A stretch of DNA of 64,000 nucleotides from Alphaproteobacteria bacterium (GCA_035906055.1 JAMIFV010000021.1:1810-65809); one strand, 5' to 3'; shown: positions 39,192-49,079, counted from the stretch's first letter. Numbers and translations: made by a program. The notes: generated from the sequence alone by a model not told the origin.

Positions 39192-40079
39192 ATGATTAAT
39201 ACTCCAACATCCGTATCTGGCGCTTCTTCTTTTGAAGATTTGAAACATCTTAATGATCATGGGGCTGAATATTGGAGTGCACGCGACTTACAATTACTCT
39301 TGGGATATAGTCAGTGGAGACGATTCGAAGATGCTATTGGCCGTGCACAAATGTCGTGCGAACAATCTGGAAATAAACCCAAAAACCATTTTGCCGGTGC
39401 CGGCAAAATGGTTGTTATAGGCTCCGGAAGCGCCCGTAATGTGCCAGATTTTCATTTATCGCGTTTTGCCTGTTATCTTATTGCTCAGAATGGTGATGCC
39501 AGAAAACCTGAAATTGCGTATGCACAACACTATTTTGCAGTTCAAACCAGAAAGCAGGAATTAGACGAACAATTAGCCGCAGATAAAGAAAGAGTAGAAT
39601 TACGTAAACAAACTGCTGAAGAGTTCAAAGCTTTATCTGGAGCAGCGCGTGAAGCAGGTGTTGAAAACAGAATGTTTGGCGTTTTCCATGATGCTGGATA
39701 TAAAGGGCTTTATGACGGATTAGGGAATGAGGCTATTAAAACCCGCAAAGCTATTCCTGAAAAGGAAAATTTAATGGACCGTATGAATGCTACTGAGTTG
39801 GCCGCCAATCAATTTCGCATGACTCAAACGCGAGACAAACTTGCTCGGGAAGGCATACGTCAACAAGGGAAAGCCATCGCAATGCACGAACACGTGGGGC
39901 GCGAGGTACGTGATGCAATAAAGCGCATTGGAGGCGACTTACCAGAGAATATTCCGCCCGCTGAGCATATAAAGAATGTTGAGAAACGAATTAAAGAAGC
40001 TGTACCTAAGCTTGAATTGAATGATCAGCATGCCGCTGGATTACTTGGTAATACTGCCGAAATAACTCACAATAATTAA
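39192..40079 (+). CDS. dinD: DNA damage-inducible protein D
   Basis: EYWSARDL..LLGY..W..F, LSRFACYLIAQNGDARK..IAYAQHYFAVQTRKQE, LDRM-like ELAANQFR.TQ; markedly lower GC. Confidence 0.9.
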   Translation: MINTPTSVSGASSFEDLKHLNDHGAEYWSARDLQLLLGYSQWRRFEDAIGRAQMSCEQSGNKPKNHFAGAGKMVVIGSGSARNVPDFHLSRFACYLIAQNGDARKPEIAYAQHYFAVQTRKQELDEQLAADKERVELRKQTAEEFKALSGAAREAGVENRMFGVFHDAGYKGLYDGLGNEAIKTRKAIPEKENLMDRMNATELAANQFRMTQTRDKLAREGIRQQGKAIAMHEHVGREVRDAIKRIGGDLPENIPPAEHIKNVEKRIKEAVPKLELNDQHAAGLLGNTAEITHNN

Positions 40080-40098
40080 CAAACCATCAGGAGAGTTC

Positions 40099-41058
40099 AT
40101 GTCCCTTCTTGAATCCAACCCGATCTACAAGCCCTTCCACTATCCCTGGGCCTACGAAGCATGGCTCATGCAGCAGCGTATCCACTGGCTGCCCGAGGAA
40201 GTGCCGCTGGCCGACGACGTGAAAGACTGGAAAACGACGCTTAAGCCCGAGGAAAAACACCTGCTCACGCAGATATTCCGCTTTTTCACGCAGTCGGACA
40301 TCGAGGTGAACAACTGCTACATGCAGCATTACGCGCGCGTGTTCAAACCCACCGAAGTGCTCATGATGCTGGCGGCGTTCTCCAACATGGAGACTATCCA
40401 TATCTCCGCCTATTCACACCTCATCGACACGCTGGGCATGCCCGATACCGAATACCAGGCCTTCCTCAAATACAAGGAGATGAAGGACAAATACGACTAC
40501 ATGCACCAGTTCAGCACCGACACGAAAGACGGCATCGCGCGCACGCTCGCGGCATTCGGCGCTTTCACGGAAGGGCTGCAGTTGTTCGCATCGTTCGCGA
40601 TGCTGCTCAACTTCCAGCGCTTCGGCAAGATGCGCGGCATGGGCCAGATCATCGCGTGGAGCGCGCGTGACGAAACGCTGCACACCGAATCCATCATCCG
40701 CCTGTATAAAACCTTCCTCGCGGAAAACCCCGAAGTGGACCATGAATTCCTCAAGCGCGATCTTTACAAGATATGCGACACGATCGTGGGGCTTGAAGAT
40801 AATTTCATCCAGCTTTCCTTCGGCGTGGGCGGCATCGAAGGCCTCACGGCGGAAGAAGTGAAGATGTACATTCGCTACATCGCCGACCGCCGCCTCGTTC
40901 AGCTTGGGCTGGAACCGATGTACCGCATCAGCAAGAACCCGCTGCCGTGGATGGACGAAATCCTCAACGGCGTGGAACATACCAACTTCTTCGAGAACCG
41001 CGTGACGGAATACACCAAGGCCGCCACCACGGGTTCATGGGAAGATGCGTTTGCGTAG
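40099..41058 (+). CDS. nrdB: Class Ia ribonucleotide reductase beta subunit
   Basis: FFTQSD, ETIH, EGLQLF, RDETLH, NFFENRVTEY. Confidence 0.97.
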   Translation: MSLLESNPIYKPFHYPWAYEAWLMQQRIHWLPEEVPLADDVKDWKTTLKPEEKHLLTQIFRFFTQSDIEVNNCYMQHYARVFKPTEVLMMLAAFSNMETIHISAYSHLIDTLGMPDTEYQAFLKYKEMKDKYDYMHQFSTDTKDGIARTLAAFGAFTEGLQLFASFAMLLNFQRFGKMRGMGQIIAWSARDETLHTESIIRLYKTFLAENPEVDHEFLKRDLYKICDTIVGLEDNFIQLSFGVGGIEGLTAEEVKMYIRYIADRRLVQLGLEPMYRISKNPLPWMDEILNGVEHTNFFENRVTEYTKAATTGSWEDAFA

Positions 41059-41070
41059 GGATTTGTTTAC

Positions 41071-41150
41071 GGGGGCACGCTGCCCCCGTTTACGCTCCGC
41101 ATAAACTCCCCCTGCGGGGTCGTCGTGAAGAACTTCCTCCATGACTACGG
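41071..41150. repeat. 3'-UTR repeat family copy (sense to nrdB)
   Basis: gggggcacgctgccccc...ctccccctgcggggtcgtcg...ttcctcc...tacgg. Confidence 0.7.
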
Positions 41151-41165
41151 CAAGCATAGTAGATG

Positions 41166-41642
41166 CTATTTTTTCAGCACTTCGTCGGGCTTCAGCCCCT
41201 GCTTTTCCAGCAGCGCCGCGAGCATGGCATTCTGGTATTCCAGATGCTGCAGCACCAGTTCAATCTCCTGCTCGGCCTTGATGTTCACATCAAGGTCGTT
41301 CTGCGAACGGATATCGGCCTTACGCGCCTGAATATTCTGCCCCACCATGATGAGCGGCATGAGCATGATCTGGATGAGGTTTGAAATAAACAGCCAGAAT
41401 ACGAAGCCCATCGGCGGGTCGAACTGGTATTGCGCGGGCGCAGCCAGGTTCCAGCCGAGCCACAGCAGCGTCCAGCCGAAAATGATGAGGAAGAAGCCGA
41501 TCGTGCCCACTTTTTCCGTGATGGCACACGCAACCCTGTCCAGCCGTGTCATCTTTTCCGCCGCGATATGGCTGGCATTGCGCAAGCCCCGCTGGCGCTT
41601 CCTGAATTCCGCGAAGGAGGTGGGTTTTTTATGTTCCGTCAT
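41166..41642 (-). CDS. DUF1003-type membrane protein
   Basis: Two TMs, FDPP, LIMVGQN.Q...D..R...D..VN.KAE.EI pattern. Confidence 0.8.
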   Translation of the reverse strand: MTEHKKPTSFAEFRKRQRGLRNASHIAAEKMTRLDRVACAITEKVGTIGFFLIIFGWTLLWLGWNLAAPAQYQFDPPMGFVFWLFISNLIQIMLMPLIMVGQNIQARKADIRSQNDLDVNIKAEQEIELVLQHLEYQNAMLAALLEKQGLKPDEVLKK

Positions 41643-41673
41643 GCAGAGTTCTTTGGCAACAGTAGATGAATGC

Positions 41674-41738
41674 GTACTCGGTTAATCGTACTCGGTACTC
41701 GGAGCAATACCGAGTACGCAAAACCGTGTACCGAGTAC
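41674..41738 (-). repeat. Heptamer-phased inverted repeat after the APC permease (GTACTC/GAGTAC flavour)
   Basis: gtactcg at 41674, 41688, 41695; cgagtac 41711, cgtgtac 41725, cgagtac 41732; starts 6 nt after the stop codon. Confidence 0.75.
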
Positions 41739-41744
41739 AAACTC

Positions 41745-43709
41745 TTACATCCTCATAGGAAGAATGATCATGTTATGCCCCTGATTATGGAGCCTGCGCT
41801 GGATGATGTAGGAGTTCTGGTTGTAGAGATACTGGGTGAAGAAGCTCTCATTCTGGAAGATGAGCTTGCTGGAGAAGAAAACGGCCTTGGGGAAGTCGCG
41901 CAGCACTTTCTCGATCAGCTCGCCTACCCTGTCCACCACGTCGGTGCCGAAGGATACGTAGGATGTGGCCGCCATGCCGTGCGAATGGCAGTAATTCACG
42001 TAATGGTTCAGCGTGCGCTTCACGTCGCGGCGCAGGGACTGGCGGTCCTCGCGCTCCATAAAGTTGCCGGAATCCACCTCGCCCACGCTGATGAACACGA
42101 AGTTCTTATACACGCCCGGGAACAGGCGCAGCACCCACAGTAGCGCATGCATGCCGCTGCCCAGCGAGCTGTTGACGATAAACACCGCCGTCTGCTGCGA
42201 GGGATCGAGCGAGGGAGGCGTTGCATTGGTCTTTTTCATGGCATCGGCGAATAACTCGTCTGCCAGCGCCAGTTTCTGGCGCACCTTGCCGTAGGAGCGG
42301 TGGATCGCCCAGCCGGTGAACACCAGCGCGCCGGTGATGAGCAGCGTCATCCAGCCGCCGTCATGAAATTTCTCAACCGTGGTGATGACAAGGATGCTTG
42401 CACAGACGATGAAGCCAATCGTGGCGATGGCCAGCTTGGACATCCATTGCCTGTTCTGCCTGCGGTAGCGCATCCAGTAGCGCATGAGGCCGAGCAGGGA
42501 AAGGGAGAAGGTAAGAAACACGTTGATACTGTAAAGCACCACCAGCATTCCCACATCGCCTGCGGTCACCAGCAGCGCGAGGAACGCCGCCGCGCCCATA
42601 AGGGTAATGCCGTTCTTGGTAACCAGACGGCTGGACAGCGACGAAAAGAAATGCGGCATCCACTGGTCGGACGCCATGTTGGCAAGCACTGCGGGCCCGG
42701 CAAGGAACCCGGTATTGGCTGCCACCAGCAGCAGCCCGGCTTCAAACGCCATCACGATACCCAGCGTGTAGGGCGTGATAGTGATGCCGCCGATGGTCCA
42801 GCCTTCCATGATATTGCCGAACACCACGGCGTTAAGCGTCTTGCCTTCTTCCGGCACAGCGCCCCACAACAGGTACAGCAGGATGATGCCCCCCGCCGTG
42901 AATGCCAGCGAGAAAGCGATCATCACCATGGTCATCTTGCCGGTTTTCACGCGCGGCTCGGCCAGCGTGTTGACGTTGTTGGATACGGACTCCAGCCCCG
43001 TATAGGTGCCGCCCCCCAGCGAGAACGCCTTGAGGAAGAACGACGCCACCATCAGCGCGCCCATTTCCTTGCTCATGAGGCTGGTTTCGGCAAATGCCTT
43101 GGGCATGATGGCGGGCAGGCCCTCCGCATGGGCGCCAATGCCGTAAAGGATGAGCGCCACATGCGTGATAACGAAACCCAGGAAGATGGGCATAAGTATC
43201 TTGATGGATTCTTTCATGCCGCGCAGGTTGAGCAGCACCAGCACGAAAATCATTACGCATTTGACCGGCAGGCTGTAGCTGAGCCACTCCACCGGCATCA
43301 TGCTGAACATGGCGTCCACACCGCCCGCCACCGAGATGGCAATGGTCAGCACATAGTCGATGACGAGCGCGGAGCCGGACACAAGCCCGGCATGCCTGCC
43401 CAGCAATGTGCTGGCCACGCGGTAACCGCCGCCGCCGCCCGGAAAAAGCTCCAGCACCTGGATGTAGGCCACGGAGATGATGAACACCGTAAAGGCGGTC
43501 GCTATGGCAAGGTAAATGCCCAGCGACGTATGGCCTTCCAGCGCCATGAACGCTTCGGCAGGGCCGTAGCAGGAAGAGGACAGACCGTCAGCGCCCAGCC
43601 CCACCCACGCAAAGAACGCCACGAGGGCGATGTTGCTGTGCGTTTGTTTGCTGAACGGATCGCGCGGCTTCCCAAGCAGGAAGTGCTTTATCGTCTTAAA
43701 GCTGGGCAT
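41745..43709 (-). CDS. APC-family permease with cytoplasmic C-terminal domain
   Basis: GADGLSSSCYGP, GGGGY.VA, DYVLTIAISV, TGLESVSN; about 12 TMs; ATG 43709 chosen. Confidence 0.88.
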   Translation of the reverse strand: MPSFKTIKHFLLGKPRDPFSKQTHSNIALVAFFAWVGLGADGLSSSCYGPAEAFMALEGHTSLGIYLAIATAFTVFIISVAYIQVLELFPGGGGGYRVASTLLGRHAGLVSGSALVIDYVLTIAISVAGGVDAMFSMMPVEWLSYSLPVKCVMIFVLVLLNLRGMKESIKILMPIFLGFVITHVALILYGIGAHAEGLPAIMPKAFAETSLMSKEMGALMVASFFLKAFSLGGGTYTGLESVSNNVNTLAEPRVKTGKMTMVMIAFSLAFTAGGIILLYLLWGAVPEEGKTLNAVVFGNIMEGWTIGGITITPYTLGIVMAFEAGLLLVAANTGFLAGPAVLANMASDQWMPHFFSSLSSRLVTKNGITLMGAAAFLALLVTAGDVGMLVVLYSINVFLTFSLSLLGLMRYWMRYRRQNRQWMSKLAIATIGFIVCASILVITTVEKFHDGGWMTLLITGALVFTGWAIHRSYGKVRQKLALADELFADAMKKTNATPPSLDPSQQTAVFIVNSSLGSGMHALLWVLRLFPGVYKNFVFISVGEVDSGNFMEREDRQSLRRDVKRTLNHYVNYCHSHGMAATSYVSFGTDVVDRVGELIEKVLRDFPKAVFFSSKLIFQNESFFTQYLYNQNSYIIQRRLHNQGHNMIILPMRM

Positions 43710-43795
43710 GGAAGGTCTATAAAAAGGGAACTGCAAATAAGCGTAAATTCCGGCGGATTATATTCAGGGCGGAATCAACTGCAATAGCGATTATT

Positions 43796-44407
43796 TTACT
43801 GGCCGTTCAATAATTTGTTGACTTCCTCGGGCGAAAGTTCCTGCTCGGGGGGCAGTTCGGCGGGCGAAGGCGTGTCGATCAGCGAGGCCTGCGCTTCGGT
43901 AAGGGTGGTGACCGGTTTGGCGCCGCTGGGGTGCACAGGCGCAGGAGTGGCCGGTATCAGCTCGTCGAACCCGTCGCCGTGCACTTCCACGCCGGTGGGG
44001 CTGGTAACCACCGTTTCGGCCTGCGCTTCAGGCGCAGGCAGCATCTCTGCGCTGGCATTCTGCATGGCGCGTATCATCATATCGAGGTCTTCGGCGGTCA
44101 CTACCGGGCTGTGCAGGCGCACCACGCCGCCCTGCCCGATGCCGTCCATCGCGTCCCCGGCGTCGGGCGCCGCCGCTTCGTTAACAAAACGCGCCTTGGG
44201 CAGCACGGATTCCCTCATCACGGCGCGGCGCTCGATGCGGATGGCGTCGCTAAGGCCGCTCATCTTGAACGCTTCATAGGCCGTGTTGGCTTTCACCTGT
44301 TTTATCTCGCCGCTTTTGGAGGTAATGGCATATTCTTCCTGACTGATGGCCACCACGTTACGGCGGCGCAACGGCAGGGATTCGAATATTGCCTGTTCTG
44401 TTGTCAT
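43796..44407 (-). CDS. Hypothetical protein (203 aa, acidic Pro-rich C-terminus)
   Basis: Co-directional with the PAS gene, 6-nt gap; coding-like codon use. Confidence 0.7.
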   Translation of the reverse strand: MTTEQAIFESLPLRRRNVVAISQEEYAITSKSGEIKQVKANTAYEAFKMSGLSDAIRIERRAVMRESVLPKARFVNEAAAPDAGDAMDGIGQGGVVRLHSPVVTAEDLDMMIRAMQNASAEMLPAPEAQAETVVTSPTGVEVHGDGFDELIPATPAPVHPSGAKPVTTLTEAQASLIDTPSPAELPPEQELSPEEVNKLLNGQ

Positions 44408-44413
44408 AAAAAA

Positions 44414-44857
44414 TCAGAACGATTTCCATTTCATGCCGCCGACGATGTAATTCACACCGTCTTTGGTGCCCAGCGGCAGCATGCAACTGCGGCACTTGAT
44501 GATCATGTGCGCGGAGTTGGTGAACTCGGATTCCTCTTCGGCGGGCTTGCCGGTATCCATCACCTTGCCGAAGCTCCTTTGCAGCGGCGGGTGGCTGGGA
44601 TTGACCAGCTTTTCGGATATTTCCTGATTGGTTACGTCGCCGCCGAACGCGTCTATCAGGTCCTTGCCCAGATAGTCGTAGCGGAAGACGCGACCATTCG
44701 CGGTATTGACGGCTTTCACGAGGAAGCAGGAATCCCAGATGTCCGCAATAACGCTGATATCAATATCGTTTTCCTCGGGATAGGGCCTGCCGGAACATAT
44801 GGACTCCCAGTACGTGCGCAGTTTTTCGGTAAGGCGGTTATGCTGGGTGACAGGCAT
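44414..44857 (-). CDS. Stand-alone PAS-domain protein (PAS_5-like)
   Basis: L..YW......R.YP...DID, FRY.YLG, R...LPL.....V.YIVG pattern. Confidence 0.75.
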   Translation of the reverse strand: MPVTQHNRLTEKLRTYWESICSGRPYPEENDIDISVIADIWDSCFLVKAVNTANGRVFRYDYLGKDLIDAFGGDVTNQEISEKLVNPSHPPLQRSFGKVMDTGKPAEEESEFTNSAHMIIKCRSCMLPLGTKDGVNYIVGGMKWKSF

Positions 44858-44882
44858 ATGTTGTAACTATGGTTTTGTTATA

Positions 44883-45152
44883 GGTTCAATCGGCATGTAG
44901 TTTGTATATTTTGCGATAGCGAATTTTATTCGCTCCGCAAGACGCAGTCCGCAACAGGTAGTTACTCATACCTGTAAGGGCTGCAACGCCGCGGGCGATA
45001 AAATTCGCATCGCCCTGCGGGTTGTGGTAAAAATGGGCATCTGCGTCGTCAGAAGGCTTGGGGGTATGAATAACTACCCCGTGCGCCTTCTTCCTAGCAT
45101 CCCTCCCATTTTTACCGACAACAAAATGCATAAACTACATGCCGATTGAACC
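44883..45152. mobile_element. 270-bp MITE-like element with 31-bp terminal inverted repeats and two internal hairpins
   Basis: GGTTCAATCGGCATGTAGTTT at 44883-44903 is perfectly inverted at 45132-45152; internal pairs 44919-44933/44995-45008 and 45021-45037/45105-45122; no TSD seen. Confidence 0.7.
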
Positions 45153-45203
45153 TTTGCGCTCCTGACCGACTATAGCACAGTCACCGCAAGTGTGGAGCGC
45201 CCG

Positions 45204-46460
45204 TTACGCCTGCGTGCCGTTTTGCCACAAACTGTTACCCGCAAGCAACAATGAACCGCATATCAGAATTATACCACATTCATTATTTTTTACAATGTAT
45301 TCTAACCCGCTTTTAATGTTATAGGTCACCAGGCTTTCCGTGCCCAGCCTGCTAGCTGTATCACAAATAACAACAGGGGGATGGGCGGCTGCCTCATCTT
45401 CGATCGCCACCGCACAGAGGCTTTTTACATGCCGCGCCATTGGCCTCAGGAACGCTTCCACGTCCTTGGTGGCCATCATGCCGCAGATGAGGTGGACGGG
45501 TTTCTGCTGTATGCCTATCCACGCCGCAAGTTCTTCCCCTGCTCCCGGATTATGCCCGCCATCAAGCCACAACTCGAATGTTTCAGGCAGCGCTTCGGTG
45601 AGCCTGCCTTCAAGGCGCTGCAGGCGCGCAGGCCATACGGCACTGGCTACACCCTGCCTTATATGCGCATCGGTTACGGCAAACCCTTTCAGCCGCTTCG
45701 CGCAGGCAATGGCCGTGGCGGCATTGCTCACCTGATGCGCGCCGGGCAAGGCGGGCTGCATGCCGTCAACGCTGCTGATCACAAATTCATGCCCCGAACG
45801 CAGCAGCGGGGCCTGCAATAATACCGCAGCCGTTTCTATGGCGTGCAATGCTTCGGGGGCCTGCGGGCCGACAATGCAGGGCACACCGCGCTTGATGATG
45901 CCCGCCTTTTCGCCTGCTATCTCCACAAGGGTGGTGCCCAGGAACTCGGTATGGTCCATAGAGACGGGAGTTATGGCGGTGAGCAGCGGCTTTTCTATAA
46001 TATTAGTGGCGTCCAGCCTGCCGCCCATGCCGGTTTCCAGCAGCACGATATCCGCCGCAGTTTCGGCAAACGCAAGGAACGCCAGCGCCGTGGTGGCTTC
46101 AAACCCGGTGACCGGATGCTGTTCGCATAAGGGTGCGATACGCTTAAGCAGCGAGAGCAGGTAATCATCATCGATATTTTTTCCCGCCAGCGTGATGCGC
46201 TCATTGAACGTGACCAGATGCGGCGAAGTGTAACGGTGCACCCTGTAACCCGCCGCTTCCAGAATGGCCTTGAGATACGCCAGCAGCGAGCCCTTGCCGT
46301 TGGTGCCCGCCACATGCACAACGGGCGGCAGTTTTGTGTGCGGATTGCCCAGCGCTTCCAGCAGCACATTTACCCTGTCGAGCGCGAGGTCGATCATCGG
46401 TATGCGTTTATGCGCCACCTGCACCAGCAATTCTTCTATCGCGGTGTTGGGATGCTTCAT
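45204..46460 (-). CDS. folC: Folylpolyglutamate synthase/dihydrofolate synthase
   Basis: HVAGTNGKGS, YTSPHL, ETGMGGRLDATN, DGGHNP. Confidence 0.96.
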   Translation of the reverse strand: MKHPNTAIEELLVQVAHKRIPMIDLALDRVNVLLEALGNPHTKLPPVVHVAGTNGKGSLLAYLKAILEAAGYRVHRYTSPHLVTFNERITLAGKNIDDDYLLSLLKRIAPLCEQHPVTGFEATTALAFLAFAETAADIVLLETGMGGRLDATNIIEKPLLTAITPVSMDHTEFLGTTLVEIAGEKAGIIKRGVPCIVGPQAPEALHAIETAAVLLQAPLLRSGHEFVISSVDGMQPALPGAHQVSNAATAIACAKRLKGFAVTDAHIRQGVASAVWPARLQRLEGRLTEALPETFELWLDGGHNPGAGEELAAWIGIQQKPVHLICGMMATKDVEAFLRPMARHVKSLCAVAIEDEAAAHPPVVICDTASRLGTESLVTYNIKSGLEYIVKNNECGIILICGSLLLAGNSLWQNGTQA

Positions 46461-47248
46461 GCCAAGGCACCCAGCGTATCCAGCATAAGCCGGTGCGGCT
46501 TCACATCATGCACGCGCAAATAATCCATCCCCTGTAGCGCGAGGTAAGCGGAAAGGCTCAGCGTCGCCGTGTCCCTGTCGCGCATATCATCACCCGCCAG
46601 CGCCTTCAGGAAGGATTTTCGCGAATGGCCGATGAGCACCGGCACTTCCCAGTCGAGGAACCCGGCGCAACGGCGGATAAGCTCCAGCGATTGCTCCGCC
46701 GTCTTGCCAAAACCGATGCCCGGATCAAGGATAACGCGGTCCTGCGTTATGCCCGCCTGCGTCGCTTCCTGCAATGTGCGGTTTCCCCATGCCACCACTT
46801 CCCGCACGGGGTCGCAGAACTCCGGCAATGTCACGTTTTTATCGGCAGGAACGGCCAGCGAATGCATCAGCACGAGAATAGCCTCGCCGTAAGGCTTAAC
46901 AGCGCGCAGCATTTCCGGCGTGCCGCCGCTGACGTCGTTTATCCAGCCAAACCCCGCATCCAGCGCGCGGACGGCGTTTTCGGGATGGAAGGTGTCCATG
47001 CTGAACACAACAGAAGAAGCCCTTGTGCCCAACGCCTGCGAAAGAGGCGCAATGCGCCGCCATTCTTCCTCTGCGCTGAGTATCTGCGCACCGGGGCGCG
47101 TGGACTGGGCGCCGATATCAACAACCGAAGCACCCGCTTCCGCCATCTGGTCTATCTCAGCAAGCAATGACTTCACATCGCGCCCATACCTGCCATCACC
47201 CGAGAACGAGTCCGGTGTCAGGTTGAGTATGGCTACGATGTCAGTCAA
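46457..47248 (-). CDS. folP: Dihydropteroate synthase
   Basis: ILNLTPDSFS, DIGAQSTRPG, DPGIGFGK, GHSRKS, RVHDV; TTG start at 47248 with ggagg SD overlapping the folK end. Confidence 0.95.
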   Translation of the reverse strand: MTDIVAILNLTPDSFSGDGRYGRDVKSLLAEIDQMAEAGASVVDIGAQSTRPGAQILSAEEEWRRIAPLSQALGTRASSVVFSMDTFHPENAVRALDAGFGWINDVSGGTPEMLRAVKPYGEAILVLMHSLAVPADKNVTLPEFCDPVREVVAWGNRTLQEATQAGITQDRVILDPGIGFGKTAEQSLELIRRCAGFLDWEVPVLIGHSRKSFLKALAGDDMRDRDTATLSLSAYLALQGMDYLRVHDVKPHRLMLDTLGALA

Positions 47249-47750
47249 CTCTGTCCTCCAGCATTTCCATGCTGTGTATCCATGCCCCGGCAAGCTGTTT
47301 CGCCGTCTTGCCTTTATGCTCACCCGTTACGGGGTAAACCCATTCAGGCTCAATGTCCGCCAGCGGCACCAGCGCGAAATCGCGCACCAGCAGCCCGGCA
47401 TGGGGAATTATCAGTTCGGGCGTGCTCACCACTTCATTGCCATAGACAAGGATGTCGATGTCGATCTCGCGCGGGCCCCAATGCCCCCTGTCCTGCCTGC
47501 CGATGGTCTTCTCCATCAGCTTCACCTGCTCCAGCAGGCTTTCGGGTTCAAGCCTGGTTTCGCCGGAGACGGCCATATTGAAGAACGGGATGTCCCATTC
47601 CCTGGGCGCACCCTGCGGCAACAATGCCAGCGATTCATACACCGGCGAACAGCGCATGGAATTCACCACCGTACTCAGCAGCGCCTTGCCCTGGCGCAGA
47701 TAGCCAAGCCGGTCGCCCAGATTAGAGCCAAGCCCAAGGACTACTAACAT
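47241..47750 (-). CDS. folK: 2-amino-4-hydroxy-6-hydroxymethyldihydropteridine pyrophosphokinase
   Basis: LGLGSNLGDR, WGPREIDIDIL, IPH, RDFAL.PL; ATG 47750. Confidence 0.95.
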   Translation of the reverse strand: MLVVLGLGSNLGDRLGYLRQGKALLSTVVNSMRCSPVYESLALLPQGAPREWDIPFFNMAVSGETRLEPESLLEQVKLMEKTIGRQDRGHWGPREIDIDILVYGNEVVSTPELIIPHAGLLVRDFALVPLADIEPEWVYPVTGEHKGKTAKQLAGAWIHSMEMLEDRVD

Positions 47751-48154
47751 AACGGCGGCGTCCAGGAAAATGGCGGAAGGTCGGTGTAGGAGAATGACGC
47801 GCCACCGAGCACAAAAGGAACGGGTATCTGGCACTTTGTAACCTTGAGCGCAATCCTCACCCCGTTGGGCGTCATGCCGCGCACTTTATCGAACAATTGT
47901 ACGCAGAGATATTCTATCAGGCGGAATTCCCTGCCCCTGCACATGGCTTCCAGCGCGTTGCTTATCTTGTCATAGCAGATGAAGTCGCCCTTATCGGCGA
48001 AAGACGGCTCGGCCAGATCCGGCGTGTAAAAGGCAAGGTCCACCTCCACATGCTGTATCTGCGCGCGCTCTTCCTTTTCGCAGCCGAGCCTGACGCCCAG
48101 GCGGATGCGGTTGACACGCAGCACATTATTATAGGATACGGGTGCTTGTTGCAT
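47744..48154 (-). CDS. folB: Dihydroneopterin aldolase
   Basis: LG...EER...Q, ICY, F.LIE, V.K pattern; upstream of folK. Confidence 0.8.
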   Translation of the reverse strand: MQQAPVSYNNVLRVNRIRLGVRLGCEKEERAQIQHVEVDLAFYTPDLAEPSFADKGDFICYDKISNALEAMCRGREFRLIEYLCVQLFDKVRGMTPNGVRIALKVTKCQIPVPFVLGGASFSYTDLPPFSWTPPLC

Positions 48155-48239
48155 AAGGCCGCCATTACTGACACACTGCCTGCCAAATGCAAGTTAAAAA
48201 CCCAAGGGTTTCCGTCCGCCGCACCAACCAGACAAGGCC

Positions 48240-49079
48240 ATGAATATACTCTATATTAACGGCAGTTTTCTGCCTTCGGACCAGGCGTCATTGTCGGTGG
48301 ATGAACGGGGTTTCCGCTTCGGCGACGGGGTGTTTGAGACCATTGCGCTGCATGGCGGGGTGCCCTACCTTCTGGAATACCATCTGCAGCGTTTGCAGGA
48401 AGGGCTGAAAGCCATCCATATGCAGGCGCCGCTTTCTTTTGATACCGTCATACGCGAAGTGGTGGCAGCGAATAAAGCCAGGGAAGGTATCATAAGGGTG
48501 TATGTCAGCCGTGGCGTCGGCAGCCAGGGTTACCTGCCCGTCACTCCCGCGCCTGCGCCCACCGTGCTGGTGCAGCTGATGCCGCCCATTACCCTGCTGC
48601 GCTCACCGGTAAAACTCTGGCTGTCCGGTTACGAAAAAATATCGCCGCGCGCCCTTCCCACCCATGCCAAGCTGGCGCAGGGATTGAACGCAACGCTCGC
48701 CCGTATGCAGGCGCGTGAACAGGGCTGCCATGACGCGCTGCAACTGAGCGCCAGCGGCCATATCAGCGAAGCCAGTTCCGCCAATATCTTCTGGGTGAAA
48801 CAGGGCAGGCTCTATACCCCGCCGCTTGCAAGCGGAGCGCTGGCAGGCGTTACGCGCAGGCGGATCATGGAGATGGCGGGCGACGTAAGCGAATGTGATG
48901 CCACGCCTGACGCACTGCAGCATGCGGACGAAGTATTCCTCACCAACGCGACAACCGGCATCACGTCCGTGGAAACGTTGCTTCCGCTTAATTACACATG
49001 GAAAAACACACAAAAAGCAGCCGCTCTGGCGCAGCAGCGCGAAGCAGATATCAAGGCGTATACCGGCAACCGGAGTTAG
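48240..49079 (+). CDS. pabC: Class IV aminotransferase, probable 4-amino-4-deoxychorismate lyase
   Basis: RGFRFGDGVFET, E....NIFWV, LAGVTR, ADEVFLTN; folate context. Confidence 0.8.
   Translation: MNILYINGSFLPSDQASLSVDERGFRFGDGVFETIALHGGVPYLLEYHLQRLQEGLKAIHMQAPLSFDTVIREVVAANKAREGIIRVYVSRGVGSQGYLPVTPAPAPTVLVQLMPPITLLRSPVKLWLSGYEKISPRALPTHAKLAQGLNATLARMQAREQGCHDALQLSASGHISEASSANIFWVKQGRLYTPPLASGALAGVTRRRIMEMAGDVSECDATPDALQHADEVFLTNATTGITSVETLLPLNYTWKNTQKAAALAQQREADIKAYTGNRS

Noticed and set aside
46457-47834. Long N-terminal extensions of FolP and FolK in the ORF track (also ThiD, NrdA, DksA, APC permease)
   Set aside because: Downstream starts with SD motifs or overlap with the upstream stop give normal-length proteins; the extensions are in-frame run-ons.
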